Positions 27,390 to 35,321 of a stretch of DNA of 64,000 nucleotides are shown here, piece after piece (within the stretch, counting starts at the first letter, position 1; each line of letters begins with the position of its first letter). The notes below the pieces were generated by a model. It was not told the DNA's origin, did no database searches, and was given only the letters and a program-made list of their open reading frames with translations. The stretch covers positions 91,674 to 155,673 of the forward strand of contig CBDBDB010000017.1 of the NCBI GenBank assembly GCA_965203495.1, read 5' to 3'. The position numbers were made by a program, and so were the translations under genes. The stretch comes from Candidatus Multivorans sp. GTDB lineage: Bacteria > Acidobacteriota > Thermoanaerobaculia > Multivoradales > Multivoraceae.

Positions 27390-29357
27390 CCGAAGTTCCA
27401 GAGTCCAAGTCGAGAAATCCCATTGTTTTCCGGTGGTTTGTTCGATTTCGGCGGTGTCTTCTACTGGGTACGTTCGTTCAGGGTCGGACTCCGAGCAGGC
27501 TGAAGGCTCGTTGTTGCAGGGGCGTGGGCGTGGCGAGGATGTCTGCGGTGGCGTTCCGGTCTCTTCGGGTTCTGACGCGGTTTCTGGTGAGCGTGGCGAG
27601 GTCGCCGAGCAGTGTCTGGAAGCTCTGCACGGGGAGTCCGTCGGGTGTTCTCTGGCTGCTGGCCTTGTTGCGTGCGGCGCGTGAGCGTTGGGCCGGCTTC
27701 ACCGGCGAGTCGCTCTCGTGATGTCGTTGCTGGTCGTCGAAGAGGAGGGGGGCGAGCCTCCGTCGCATGTGCCATTCGACGTAGTAGGCGAGCATGCACA
27801 GGAAGACGTGCGCTCGGACGCGCTCGGCGAGTCGGTGGTGGACGGGTCTGACCTTGAGGTCGACGCTCTTGAAGCAGCGGAAGGCGCGTTCGACGTGGCT
27901 GAGGCTCTTGTATGAGCGGACCGCTTCCTCGGATGTCAGGTCGTCTCGGTCGGCGTTGGTGCGGATGACGTAGAAGCCGTCCAGGGCGGCTTCGTCGTCG
28001 ATGCGCTGCTGGTTTCGGGAGTAGCGGAAGCCGTGTTCTTCGACCTCGAGGTCGAAGTGCTTGCCGACCTTGCCGGCGCGCAGCGCCCGGTCGACGCGCA
28101 CGGCGATCTTGTGCTTGCCCTTCAGAGGGCGGTTCTTGCGCGTCGTGGCGGCGACGACGGCGTCGAGACGGCGTTCGGTCGCGTCGAGCAGTTCGAGACG
28201 CTTGCGCCTCCTCTCGGCCGCCAGCATCGGGTTGTGGCAGACGATCAGCCGCTCGCCGGGATACAGGTCGGGAGCGCTGATCTCGGCCATGTCCTTCCGG
28301 TCGAAGAGGGACAGTTGCAGGTGGCCCTGCTGCACCAGTTGGCGGACCTGGGGCGCACGCAGGGAGGTGATCCACGACAGCCCCGAGGGTTCGAGGTCCT
28401 CGCGGATGCGGGCGCTGGTGAGCAGCCCCCGGTCGCCGACCAGAATCACCCGTTCAAGCGAGAAGCGCTCCTTGAGCTTGTGCACCTGGGCGCTCAGGGT
28501 CGAGGGATCGGCCGTGTTGCCCGGAAAGACCTCGACCGCTATCGGGCAGCCGTCGCGGCTGCAGAGCAGACCGAAGACGAGTTGGGGCTTGTCCCGCTTG
28601 CCGTCCTTGGAGTGCCCGTGTTGGGCCAACGGACACGTCGAGCCGTCGAAGTAGACCGAGGTCACGTCGCACAGGACCAGCGAGCCCTCCTGGAGGTGCT
28701 TCTCGGCGAGACGGCGCTCGATGCGCGGCTGCCGCCTGAGCAGCCAGTCCATCGCGGCGTAGAGCTCGTTGGCGTCCGCATCCTCGATGTCCAGTTCCTC
28801 GCCGAGGGTATGCCTGGTGGTCTCGCCCGCGAGTCCGCGGGCGGTGGCGAGCTTGGAGCGGGGTTCCAGGATGCGCGCCACGATCATGGCGACAGCCAGC
28901 GCCCGGTCGCGGGAGGGTTGGCGGTCGAGAAGTCGTTCCAGTCCGAGTCCGCGCAAGGCGCCGAGTGCGGCGGCGACATGTCCGTGGGGCCTGGAGCGGA
29001 GGATCTCGAAGGCGGCGTCGAGGCTTTCGAGGGCGACGCCTCCCTTGAGGAGGATGCGCAGTCCCTCGACGAGGTGTTCGGGCCACTTGGAGAGGTTGGC
29101 GAGTGTGCGTTTGCGGACCTTGCCGTTCTGGCGGTAGGACTCTCGGAGCAGGACGGCAGGCGGCGAGTTGCGGTTGGGCACGCGATCGATGTACATGGCT
29201 TCTGATTGTAGGCCATGACTCAATCATTGTCAAACTATCAACGTGTCATTACATGGGTACAACATACACCAGAAAACAGCCGCCCCAATCCCACCAAACT
29301 CAAGCACGACAACGATCTCCGAGCCTCTCCGACCCCCGGAAACCGCTGGAACTTCGG
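27390..29357 (-). mobile_element. IS1634-family element, copy 1
   Basis: Terminal IR CCGAAGTTCCAG / CTGGAACTTCGG; 6-bp duplication GCTAGC at 27384-27389 and 29358-29363. Confidence 0.93.
27478..29196 (-). CDS. IS1634-family DDE transposase
   Basis: MYIDRVPNRNSPPAVLLRESYR..KRTLANLS, DVTSVYFDG, VGDRG, YKSLSHVERAFRCFK. Confidence 0.93.
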   Translation of the reverse strand: MYIDRVPNRNSPPAVLLRESYRQNGKVRKRTLANLSKWPEHLVEGLRILLKGGVALESLDAAFEILRSRPHGHVAAALGALRGLGLERLLDRQPSRDRALAVAMIVARILEPRSKLATARGLAGETTRHTLGEELDIEDADANELYAAMDWLLRRQPRIERRLAEKHLQEGSLVLCDVTSVYFDGSTCPLAQHGHSKDGKRDKPQLVFGLLCSRDGCPIAVEVFPGNTADPSTLSAQVHKLKERFSLERVILVGDRGLLTSARIREDLEPSGLSWITSLRAPQVRQLVQQGHLQLSLFDRKDMAEISAPDLYPGERLIVCHNPMLAAERRRKRLELLDATERRLDAVVAATTRKNRPLKGKHKIAVRVDRALRAGKVGKHFDLEVEEHGFRYSRNQQRIDDEAALDGFYVIRTNADRDDLTSEEAVRSYKSLSHVERAFRCFKSVDLKVRPVHHRLAERVRAHVFLCMLAYYVEWHMRRRLAPLLFDDQQRHHESDSPVKPAQRSRAARNKASSQRTPDGLPVQSFQTLLGDLATLTRNRVRTRRDRNATADILATPTPLQQRAFSLLGVRP

Positions 29358-29445
29358 GCTAGCAGGGTCCGCGGCTGCTCCGTCGCGCGGGGAACCCACC
29401 CCGGATGCGTGCGGAGCGCCCTCGCTCCGAGGTCTGCTCCGTGCA
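29358..29445 (+). repeat. Repeat family A, partial copy 3 (abuts IS copy 1)
   Basis: GCTAGCAGGGTCCGC..CCGTCGCGCGGGGAACCCACCCCGGATGCG. Confidence 0.65.
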
Positions 29446-29457
29446 ATCGTCGGGCGT

Positions 29458-30009
29458 TCAGGGCTTCGCGTACTCGAACCGCGCCGACGAGCTGCTCGGC
29501 GTCGCCCCCGGTTCGATCGCAACGTCGACCCACTCGTCGCCGCGCCGGAAGGTCATCGACTCTCCGAGCGTTGCCCGCCAGCCCGCGGTCTGCGCTTCCC
29601 GCAACAGCCACTCGCGAGCGGCGGGAGCGCCCAGCGGCAGGAGCAGGTCGACGTACTCCGCGGCAACGGGCTCGCCTTCCGCCGTCCCCACGTCGCCGAA
29701 GTCGATCACCGTGGAAGCGTCCGGAACGGGGAAACGGTCCGGGAAGGCGCCGGGGATGCGGCCGCGCAGCGACGCTTCCGGCGCCCGCCGCTCCCGCACG
29801 TCCTCTTCCGGCCTGAGAACGGCATCTGCCGGGCGCCCCACCGCAACGGTTTCCAGGTCGTTCTCGTCAGGCGCGGGCCGATCCGAAGAAACCCGGCAGG
29901 CCCAGCCGGCCACGAGCGCAAGAACAGCGACGGAAGCAGGCGCAAACCGCGAGACGCGGGCGCCGATCCGCAACGGCGAGTTTCCCGGCGGCTCAGTCCG
30001 CGATGACAT
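29458..30009 (-). CDS. Hypothetical putative lipoprotein
   Basis: Hydrophobic stretch ending LVAGWAC; overlaps the end of the Rrf2 gene. Confidence 0.55.
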   Translation of the reverse strand: MSSRTEPPGNSPLRIGARVSRFAPASVAVLALVAGWACRVSSDRPAPDENDLETVAVGRPADAVLRPEEDVRERRAPEASLRGRIPGAFPDRFPVPDASTVIDFGDVGTAEGEPVAAEYVDLLLPLGAPAAREWLLREAQTAGWRATLGESMTFRRGDEWVDVAIEPGATPSSSSARFEYAKP

Positions 30010-30499
30010 GCAGCGGCCGGCCGGCCGACGTGGAGACGCGTTCCGGCGGCAGGTCGTGCGGGATCTCGATCCTGCATTCGCAGACTTCCTGCTGGCGGGC
30101 GGCGAGCTCGGCGAGGCTGAGGTTGCACAGGATGCTCTCGACCGCTTCCTTGACGCTGAGGAAGACCTCGCGGATCGCGCAGTGCTTCGGCCCCACGCCG
30201 ATCGTGCAGGGCTGGGCGAGAATGTGGTCGATCGACGTCGCGTGCCCCTCCAGCGCGACCAGGATGTCGTGAATGGAGATGCGCTCGGCCGCCCGGCCCA
30301 GCAGGTGACCGCCCTGGGGACCCCGGTTGGAACGGATCAGGCGGTCCCGGGCGAGGGACGCAAGGATCTGGCGCAGGTAGGGCTCCGGGATCCCCTGGTT
30401 CGCGGCGATCTCGTGGCTGGGCACCGGACCGCCGTCCGCGTGCATGGCCACGTACAGCATGGCACGGATTCCGTACTCCCCCTTGGTGGAGATCTTCAT
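29993..30499 (-). CDS. Rrf2-family transcriptional regulator
   Basis: MKISTKGEYGIRAM, EIAANQGIPEPYLRQIL, SNRGPQGG; Cys-rich C-terminus. Confidence 0.92.
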   Translation of the reverse strand: MKISTKGEYGIRAMLYVAMHADGGPVPSHEIAANQGIPEPYLRQILASLARDRLIRSNRGPQGGHLLGRAAERISIHDILVALEGHATSIDHILAQPCTIGVGPKHCAIREVFLSVKEAVESILCNLSLAELAARQQEVCECRIEIPHDLPPERVSTSAGRPLHVIAD

Positions 30500-30566
30500 T
30501 GGGAGCGCCTCGGCATCAGGCAGTCTAACAGCGGCGAGGCGGTTCCCGCACGCCGGCGCGGACCGA

Positions 30567-31283
30567 CTAGCCCGGAAGATGGTCGAGCACCTCGTCCAGG
30601 GCGGCGATGTCGCCGTGCGCGGGATCAAGCCCCAGCGATCCGAGGCCGGCGGCCAGCGCGCCTTCGCGGTCCTCGACCTTCGCGTCGCCCACGTGGATCA
30701 CGGAAGCCGGCTGAAGCTCCAGTTCCCGGCAGGCGGCAAGGAAGATCGGCTCGGCCGGTTTCGCCGCCCCCACGTCCTCCGAGCAGACCACGGCGTCGAG
30801 GTAGCGGCCAAGTCCGAGGTTGGCAAGCACCCTGGGCAGGCGCCGGTCCCAGTTGCTGGTCACCGCCACGCGCAGGCCGCGGCGACAGAGCTCCGCAAGA
30901 ACTCTCCGGCAACCGGGCCGAAGTTCCCAGGCGTCGGCGCGTTCGAACCGGGCGAACAGCTCGGCGCCGGCGAAGGGTCCCGGCGCGTCCCGCTCGAGCA
31001 GCAGACACATGCGGTCCAGCAGGTCGCTCCAGAACCCGCGAGCTCCGTTCGGATGGCTGACGTACCGGTCCTCGCCGCGAGCGAGGCGGCATTCGAACTC
31101 CTTCCAGGCGGTCAGGAAGCTCCGCTCGACATCGGCGACGGAGAGATCGAGACCGTGGCGGGCGAGAACCTCCGCGTAGATCTCGCCGCGCCGCGGGCAG
31201 GCGATCAGCGTTCCGGTCGCGTCCAGCGACACGCCCCGGCGCCGCGGCAAGCCGCCGGGACGCGCGGCCTCCATCCGGGCCAC
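30567..31283 (-). CDS. HAD-IA hydrolase (REG-2/HDHD3-like)
   Basis: LDATGTL, TSNWDRRL, KPAEPIF, HVGD...DREGA. Confidence 0.88.
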   Translation of the reverse strand: MARMEAARPGGLPRRRGVSLDATGTLIACPRRGEIYAEVLARHGLDLSVADVERSFLTAWKEFECRLARGEDRYVSHPNGARGFWSDLLDRMCLLLERDAPGPFAGAELFARFERADAWELRPGCRRVLAELCRRGLRVAVTSNWDRRLPRVLANLGLGRYLDAVVCSEDVGAAKPAEPIFLAACRELELQPASVIHVGDAKVEDREGALAAGLGSLGLDPAHGDIAALDEVLDHLPG

Positions 31284-31289
31284 GGACTG

Positions 31290-31544
31290 CTACTCCTCCC
31301 GCTCGAAGGGCGGACGGAGGTACTCGAAGCGCAGGACGCGAATCGCCCGGCCGCCGCAGAAGACGAGGGCGGCGAGGCCGGCACCGCTCGACAGCGCCAT
31401 CAGCCAACTGAACTCCCGCCAGAGCATGACGATCGGGATCGTGAGCGCGCCCACGACGATGGCCGCCGCCAGCAGCCGGAAGGCGGTCCGGTCGAACGTC
31501 GGCGGCCGGACGATCGGCGAAGCGCCGTCTGCGTTCTCCCGCAT
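31290..31544 (-). CDS. Small two-TM membrane protein
   Basis: Two hydrophobic helices; co-oriented with the HAD gene, 6 nt apart. Confidence 0.55.
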   Translation of the reverse strand: MRENADGASPIVRPPTFDRTAFRLLAAAIVVGALTIPIVMLWREFSWLMALSSGAGLAALVFCGGRAIRVLRFEYLRPPFEREE

Positions 31545-31561
31545 CCCGGAGAGAGCCTAGT

Positions 31562-33528
31562 CCGAAGTTCCAGAGTCCAAGTCGAGAGATCCCATTGTTT
31601 TCCGGTGGTTTGTTCGATTTCGGCGGTGTCTTCTACTGGGTACGTTCGTTCAGGGTCGGACTCCGAGCAGGCTGAAGACTCGTTGTTGCAGGGGCGTGGG
31701 CGTAGCGAGGATGTCTGCGGTGGCGTTCCGGTCTCTTCGGGTTCTGACGCGGTTTCTGGTGAGCGTGGCGAGGTCGTCGAGCAGTGTCCGGAAGCTCTGC
31801 ACGGGGAGTCCGTCGGGGGTTCTCTGGCTGCTGGCCTTGTTGCGTGCGGCGCGTGAGCGTTGGGCCGGCTTCACCGGCGAGTCGCTCTCGTGATGTCGTT
31901 GCTGGTCGTCGAAGAGGAGGGGGGCGAGCCTCCGTCGCATGTGCCATTCGACGTAGTAGGCGAGCATGCACAGGAAGACGTGCGCTCGGACGCGCTCGGC
32001 GAGTCGGTGGTGGACGGGTCTGACCTTGAGGTCGACGCTCTTGAAGCAGCGGAAGGCGCGTTCGACGTGGCTGAGGCTCTTGTATGAGCGGACCGCTTCC
32101 TGGGATGTCAGGTCGTCTCGGTCGGCGTTGGTGCGGATGACGTAGAAGCCGTCCAGGGCGGCTTCGTCGTCGATGCGCTGCTGGTTTCGGGAGTAGCGGA
32201 AGCCGTGTTCTTCGACCTCGAGGTCGAAGTGCTTGCCGACCTTGCCGGCGCGCAGCGCCCGGTCGACGCGCACGGCGATCTTGTGCTTGCCCTTCAGGGG
32301 GCGGTTCTTGCGCGTCGTGGCGGCGACGACGGCGTCGAGACGGCGTTCGGTGGCGTCGAGCAGTTCGAGACGCTTGCGCCTCCTCTCGGCCGCCAGCATC
32401 GGGTTGTGGCAGACGATCAGCCGCTCGCCGGGATACAGGTCGGGAGCGCTGATCTCGGCCATGTCCTTCCGGTCGAAGAGGGACAGTTGCAGGTGGCCCT
32501 GCTGCACCAGTTGGCGGACCTGGGGCGCACGCAGGGAGGTGATCCACGACAGCCCCGAGGGTTCGAGGTCCTCGCGGATGCGGGCGCTGGTGAGCAGCCC
32601 CCGGTCGCCCACCAGAATCACCCGTTCAAGCGAGAAGCGCTCCTTGAGCTTGTGCACCTGGGCGCTCAGGGTCGAGGGATCGGCCGTGTTGCCCGGAAAG
32701 ACCTCGACCGCTATCGGGCAGCCGTCGCGGCTGCAGAGCAGACCGAAGACGAGTTGGGGCTTGTCCCGCTTGCCGTCCTTGGAGTGCCCGTGTTGGGCCA
32801 ACGGACACGTCGAGCCTTCGAAGTAGACCGAGGTCACGTCGCACAGGACCAGCGAGCCCTCCTGGAGGTGCTTCTCGGCGAGACGGCGCTCGATGCGCGG
32901 CTGCCGCCTGAGCAGCCAGTCCATCGCGGCGTAGAGCTCGTTGGCGTCCGCATCCTCGATGTCCAGTTCCTCGCCGAGGGTATGCCTGGTGGTCTCGCCC
33001 GCGAGTCCGCGAGCGGTGGCGAGCTTGGAGCGGGGTTCCAGGATGCGCGCCACGATCATGGCGACAGCCAGCGCCCGGTCGCGGGAGGGTTGGCGGTCGA
33101 GAAGTCGTTCCAGTCCGAGTCCGCGCAAGGCGCCGAGTGCGGCGGCGACATGTCCGTGGGGCCTGGAGCGGAGGATCTCGAAGGCGGCGTCGAGGCTTTC
33201 GAGGGCGACGCCTCCCTTGAGGAGGATGCGCAGTCCCTCGACGAGGTGTTCGGGCCACTTGGAGAGGTTGGCGAGTGTGCGTTTGCGGACCTTGCCGTTC
33301 TGGCGGTAGGACTCTCGGAGCAGGACGGCAGGCGGCGAGTTGCGGTTGGGCACGCGATCGATGTACATGGCTTCTGATTGTAGGCCATGACTCAATCATT
33401 GTAAAACCATCAACGTGTCATTACATGGGTACAGCATACACCAGAAAACAGCCGCCCCAACCCCAACAAACTCAAGCCCGACAACGATCTCCGAGCCTCC
33501 CGACCCCCGGAAACCGCTGGAACTTCGG
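31562..33528 (-). mobile_element. IS1634-family element, copy 2
   Basis: Same terminal IRs and near-identical to copy 1; flanks CCTAGT / CCTAAC do not match. Confidence 0.93.
31650..33368 (-). CDS. IS1634-family DDE transposase
   Basis: Differs from copy 1 at a few residues (e.g. YFEG vs YFDG, SQE vs SEE). Confidence 0.93.
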   Translation of the reverse strand: MYIDRVPNRNSPPAVLLRESYRQNGKVRKRTLANLSKWPEHLVEGLRILLKGGVALESLDAAFEILRSRPHGHVAAALGALRGLGLERLLDRQPSRDRALAVAMIVARILEPRSKLATARGLAGETTRHTLGEELDIEDADANELYAAMDWLLRRQPRIERRLAEKHLQEGSLVLCDVTSVYFEGSTCPLAQHGHSKDGKRDKPQLVFGLLCSRDGCPIAVEVFPGNTADPSTLSAQVHKLKERFSLERVILVGDRGLLTSARIREDLEPSGLSWITSLRAPQVRQLVQQGHLQLSLFDRKDMAEISAPDLYPGERLIVCHNPMLAAERRRKRLELLDATERRLDAVVAATTRKNRPLKGKHKIAVRVDRALRAGKVGKHFDLEVEEHGFRYSRNQQRIDDEAALDGFYVIRTNADRDDLTSQEAVRSYKSLSHVERAFRCFKSVDLKVRPVHHRLAERVRAHVFLCMLAYYVEWHMRRRLAPLLFDDQQRHHESDSPVKPAQRSRAARNKASSQRTPDGLPVQSFRTLLDDLATLTRNRVRTRRDRNATADILATPTPLQQRVFSLLGVRP

Positions 33529-33694
33529 CCTAACCGCCCGTGGTGGAGATACGCGTGGCGCCGAGAGCGGTCAGGCCCCCATCCGGCAAGGCGCGGCGAG
33601 GGAGTGTACCGGGCCAACTTCGACCGAGGAGCAACGATGCCGGGCGGGATGGTTGGCCGCTCGAATGCAGCGCGACGTTCGGCACGGGCTGCCA
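33529..33694 (+). repeat. MITE-like repeat family B (abuts IS copy 2)
   Basis: Aligns along its length with 53036-53200; ends GCCCGTG..CACGGGC. Confidence 0.8.
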
Positions 33695-33709
33695 ACCGCC
33701 CCGCGGCGG

Positions 33710-34795
33710 TCAGGCGGTGTCGAGCCGGGCCAGACACTCGGCGACGACCCGGTCGGCCTCCAGCCGCTCCATGCAGGCGAAGTCGCCGCGGCGGCAGGTG
33801 CGCCGCCAGCACGGCTGGCAATCCAGCTTCCGGGCGAGCTGCACCGCGGCGGACCGGCGACCATAGGGTCCGTTGCGGGCGGGATCCGTCGGCCCGAACA
33901 CCGAGACGCAGGGCACGCCCAGCGCCGCCGCCAGGTGGGCGGGACCGGAGTCGCAGCCCAGGAACAGGGCCGCGCGCCGCAACAGCGTCGCCAGTTCGCG
34001 GAGGTCGGTCGGCGGCGCGAGCAGGACGCGACAGCCGTCCCCGACGGCGGCCTCGATCTCCTCGGCCGCCCGTCTCTCGTCCTCGCCCGCCCAGGCCACG
34101 ACCAGCGGCAGCCTTCGTTCGCGCCCCAGGCGCTGGACGGCCGCCGCGAAGCGCCGCGGCGGCCAGCGTTTCGTGCGCCAGACGGTGCCGGGCGAGACCA
34201 CCGCATAGCAGCCATCGTCCAGACCGTGCCGGTCGAGGAAGGCCAGGGGCCTCGGCTCGGCGTACTCGGGCAGACGCCACTCCGCGACCGGTCGCTCGTC
34301 CGCGATCAGGCCCGACGAACTCAACAAGGCCAGGTTGCGGTCGACGACGTGTCTCACATCCAGGTCGACAGAGAAGCGCCGGTTGAGAAACAGGGCGTTC
34401 AGTTCGCGGCCGCCCATCGCCCGACCGCCGCGGAAGCCGATCCTCTGGCGGGCGCCGCTCCACCAGGCGACCAGCCCGCTCTTGGTCAGGCCCTGGACGT
34501 CGAGAGCCGCGTCGTACCGGCAGGTTCTCAGTTCGCGGCGAAACCGTCTGAGCGCGTCGAGACGCGCGCCGACGCCGCTGCCGTGCCGGGGATACACGTG
34601 GAAGCGGTCGACGTCGACAGAGCCTTGCAGCAGGGTTGCGGCGGGTTCCTGAACCGCCCAGCCGATGAACGCCTCCGGATGGACTCGGCGGAGCGCGGAG
34701 GCCACCGGCGCCGCGTGGAGGCAGTCGCCGATCGCCGACAGGCGCACGAGCAGGACGCGAAGCGGGCGGCCTGGTCTCTGCCCCGCAACGGTCAT
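33710..34795 (-). CDS. GT9 LPS heptosyltransferase (WaaC/WaaF-like)
   Basis: VRLSAIGD, DVQGLTKSG, TKRWP, GCDSGPAHLAAALG, FGPT. Confidence 0.9.
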   Translation of the reverse strand: MTVAGQRPGRPLRVLLVRLSAIGDCLHAAPVASALRRVHPEAFIGWAVQEPAATLLQGSVDVDRFHVYPRHGSGVGARLDALRRFRRELRTCRYDAALDVQGLTKSGLVAWWSGARQRIGFRGGRAMGGRELNALFLNRRFSVDLDVRHVVDRNLALLSSSGLIADERPVAEWRLPEYAEPRPLAFLDRHGLDDGCYAVVSPGTVWRTKRWPPRRFAAAVQRLGRERRLPLVVAWAGEDERRAAEEIEAAVGDGCRVLLAPPTDLRELATLLRRAALFLGCDSGPAHLAAALGVPCVSVFGPTDPARNGPYGRRSAAVQLARKLDCQPCWRRTCRRGDFACMERLEADRVVAECLARLDTA

Positions 34796-34886
34796 CCGGT
34801 CAGAGCATAAGCGCCGTCTCCATCCCGCGTCGCGGGACCGCGCGGGACCGGCCGCGAACGCTGCTATCATTCGCCGCCTTGTCTGT

Positions 34887-34960
34887 CGGGGCGTGGCGCA
34901 GTCTGGTAGCGCACCTGCCTTGGGCGCAGGGGGTCCTCAGTTCGAATCTGGGCGCCCCGA
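34887..34960 (+). tRNA. tRNA-Pro(TGG), CCA not encoded
   Basis: CGGGGCG..CGCCCCG-A; anticodon arm CCTGC-CTTGGGC-GCAGG. Confidence 0.93.
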
Positions 34961-35002
34961 TATCGCTCGCTGACCCGGACCTCGGCTACCCTGTCGCTTT
35001 GC

Positions 35003-35079
35003 CTGCCTGTAGCTCAGCTGGATAGAGCGGCGGCCTTCTAAGCCGCGGGTCGGGGGTTCGAGTCCCTCCAGGCAGGCCA
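35003..35079 (+). tRNA. tRNA-Arg(TCT)
   Basis: Anticodon arm GCGGC-CTTCTAA-GCCGC; ends CAGGCAG-G-CCA. Confidence 0.96.
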
Positions 35080-35109
35080 AGTCGTTGAGAGTTCGGTTCG
35101 AAGATGTCT

Positions 35110-35186
35110 GGTGGATGTAGCTCAACTGGCAGAGCGCTTGATTGTGGTTCAAGTGGTTGGGGGTTCAAGTCCCCTCATCCACCCCA
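35110..35186 (+). tRNA. tRNA-His(GTG)
   Basis: G-1 then GTGGATG; anticodon arm CTTGA-TTGTGGT-TCAAG; ends CATCCAC-C-CCA. Confidence 0.96.
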
Positions 35187-35213
35187 TCTCGACTCCCGCA
35201 TCGTCCCGTTCGC

Positions 35214-35290
35214 GCGCCCGTAGCTCAGCTGGATAGAGCGACGGCCTCCGGAGCCGTAGGTCAGGGGTTCGAATCCCTTCGGGCGCACCA
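35214..35290 (+). tRNA. tRNA-Arg(CCG)
   Basis: Anticodon arm ACGGC-CTCCGGA-GCCGT; ends CGGGCGC-A-CCA. Confidence 0.96.
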
Positions 35291-35321
35291 CGAGGCGCCG
35301 CTTCGTCGACGCGGCGCGCGT

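Noticed and set aside
27390-33528. Composite transposon that arrived as one unit
   Set aside because: Copy 1 has its own target duplication and the outer flanks (GCTAGC vs CCTAAC) differ, so independent insertions are more likely
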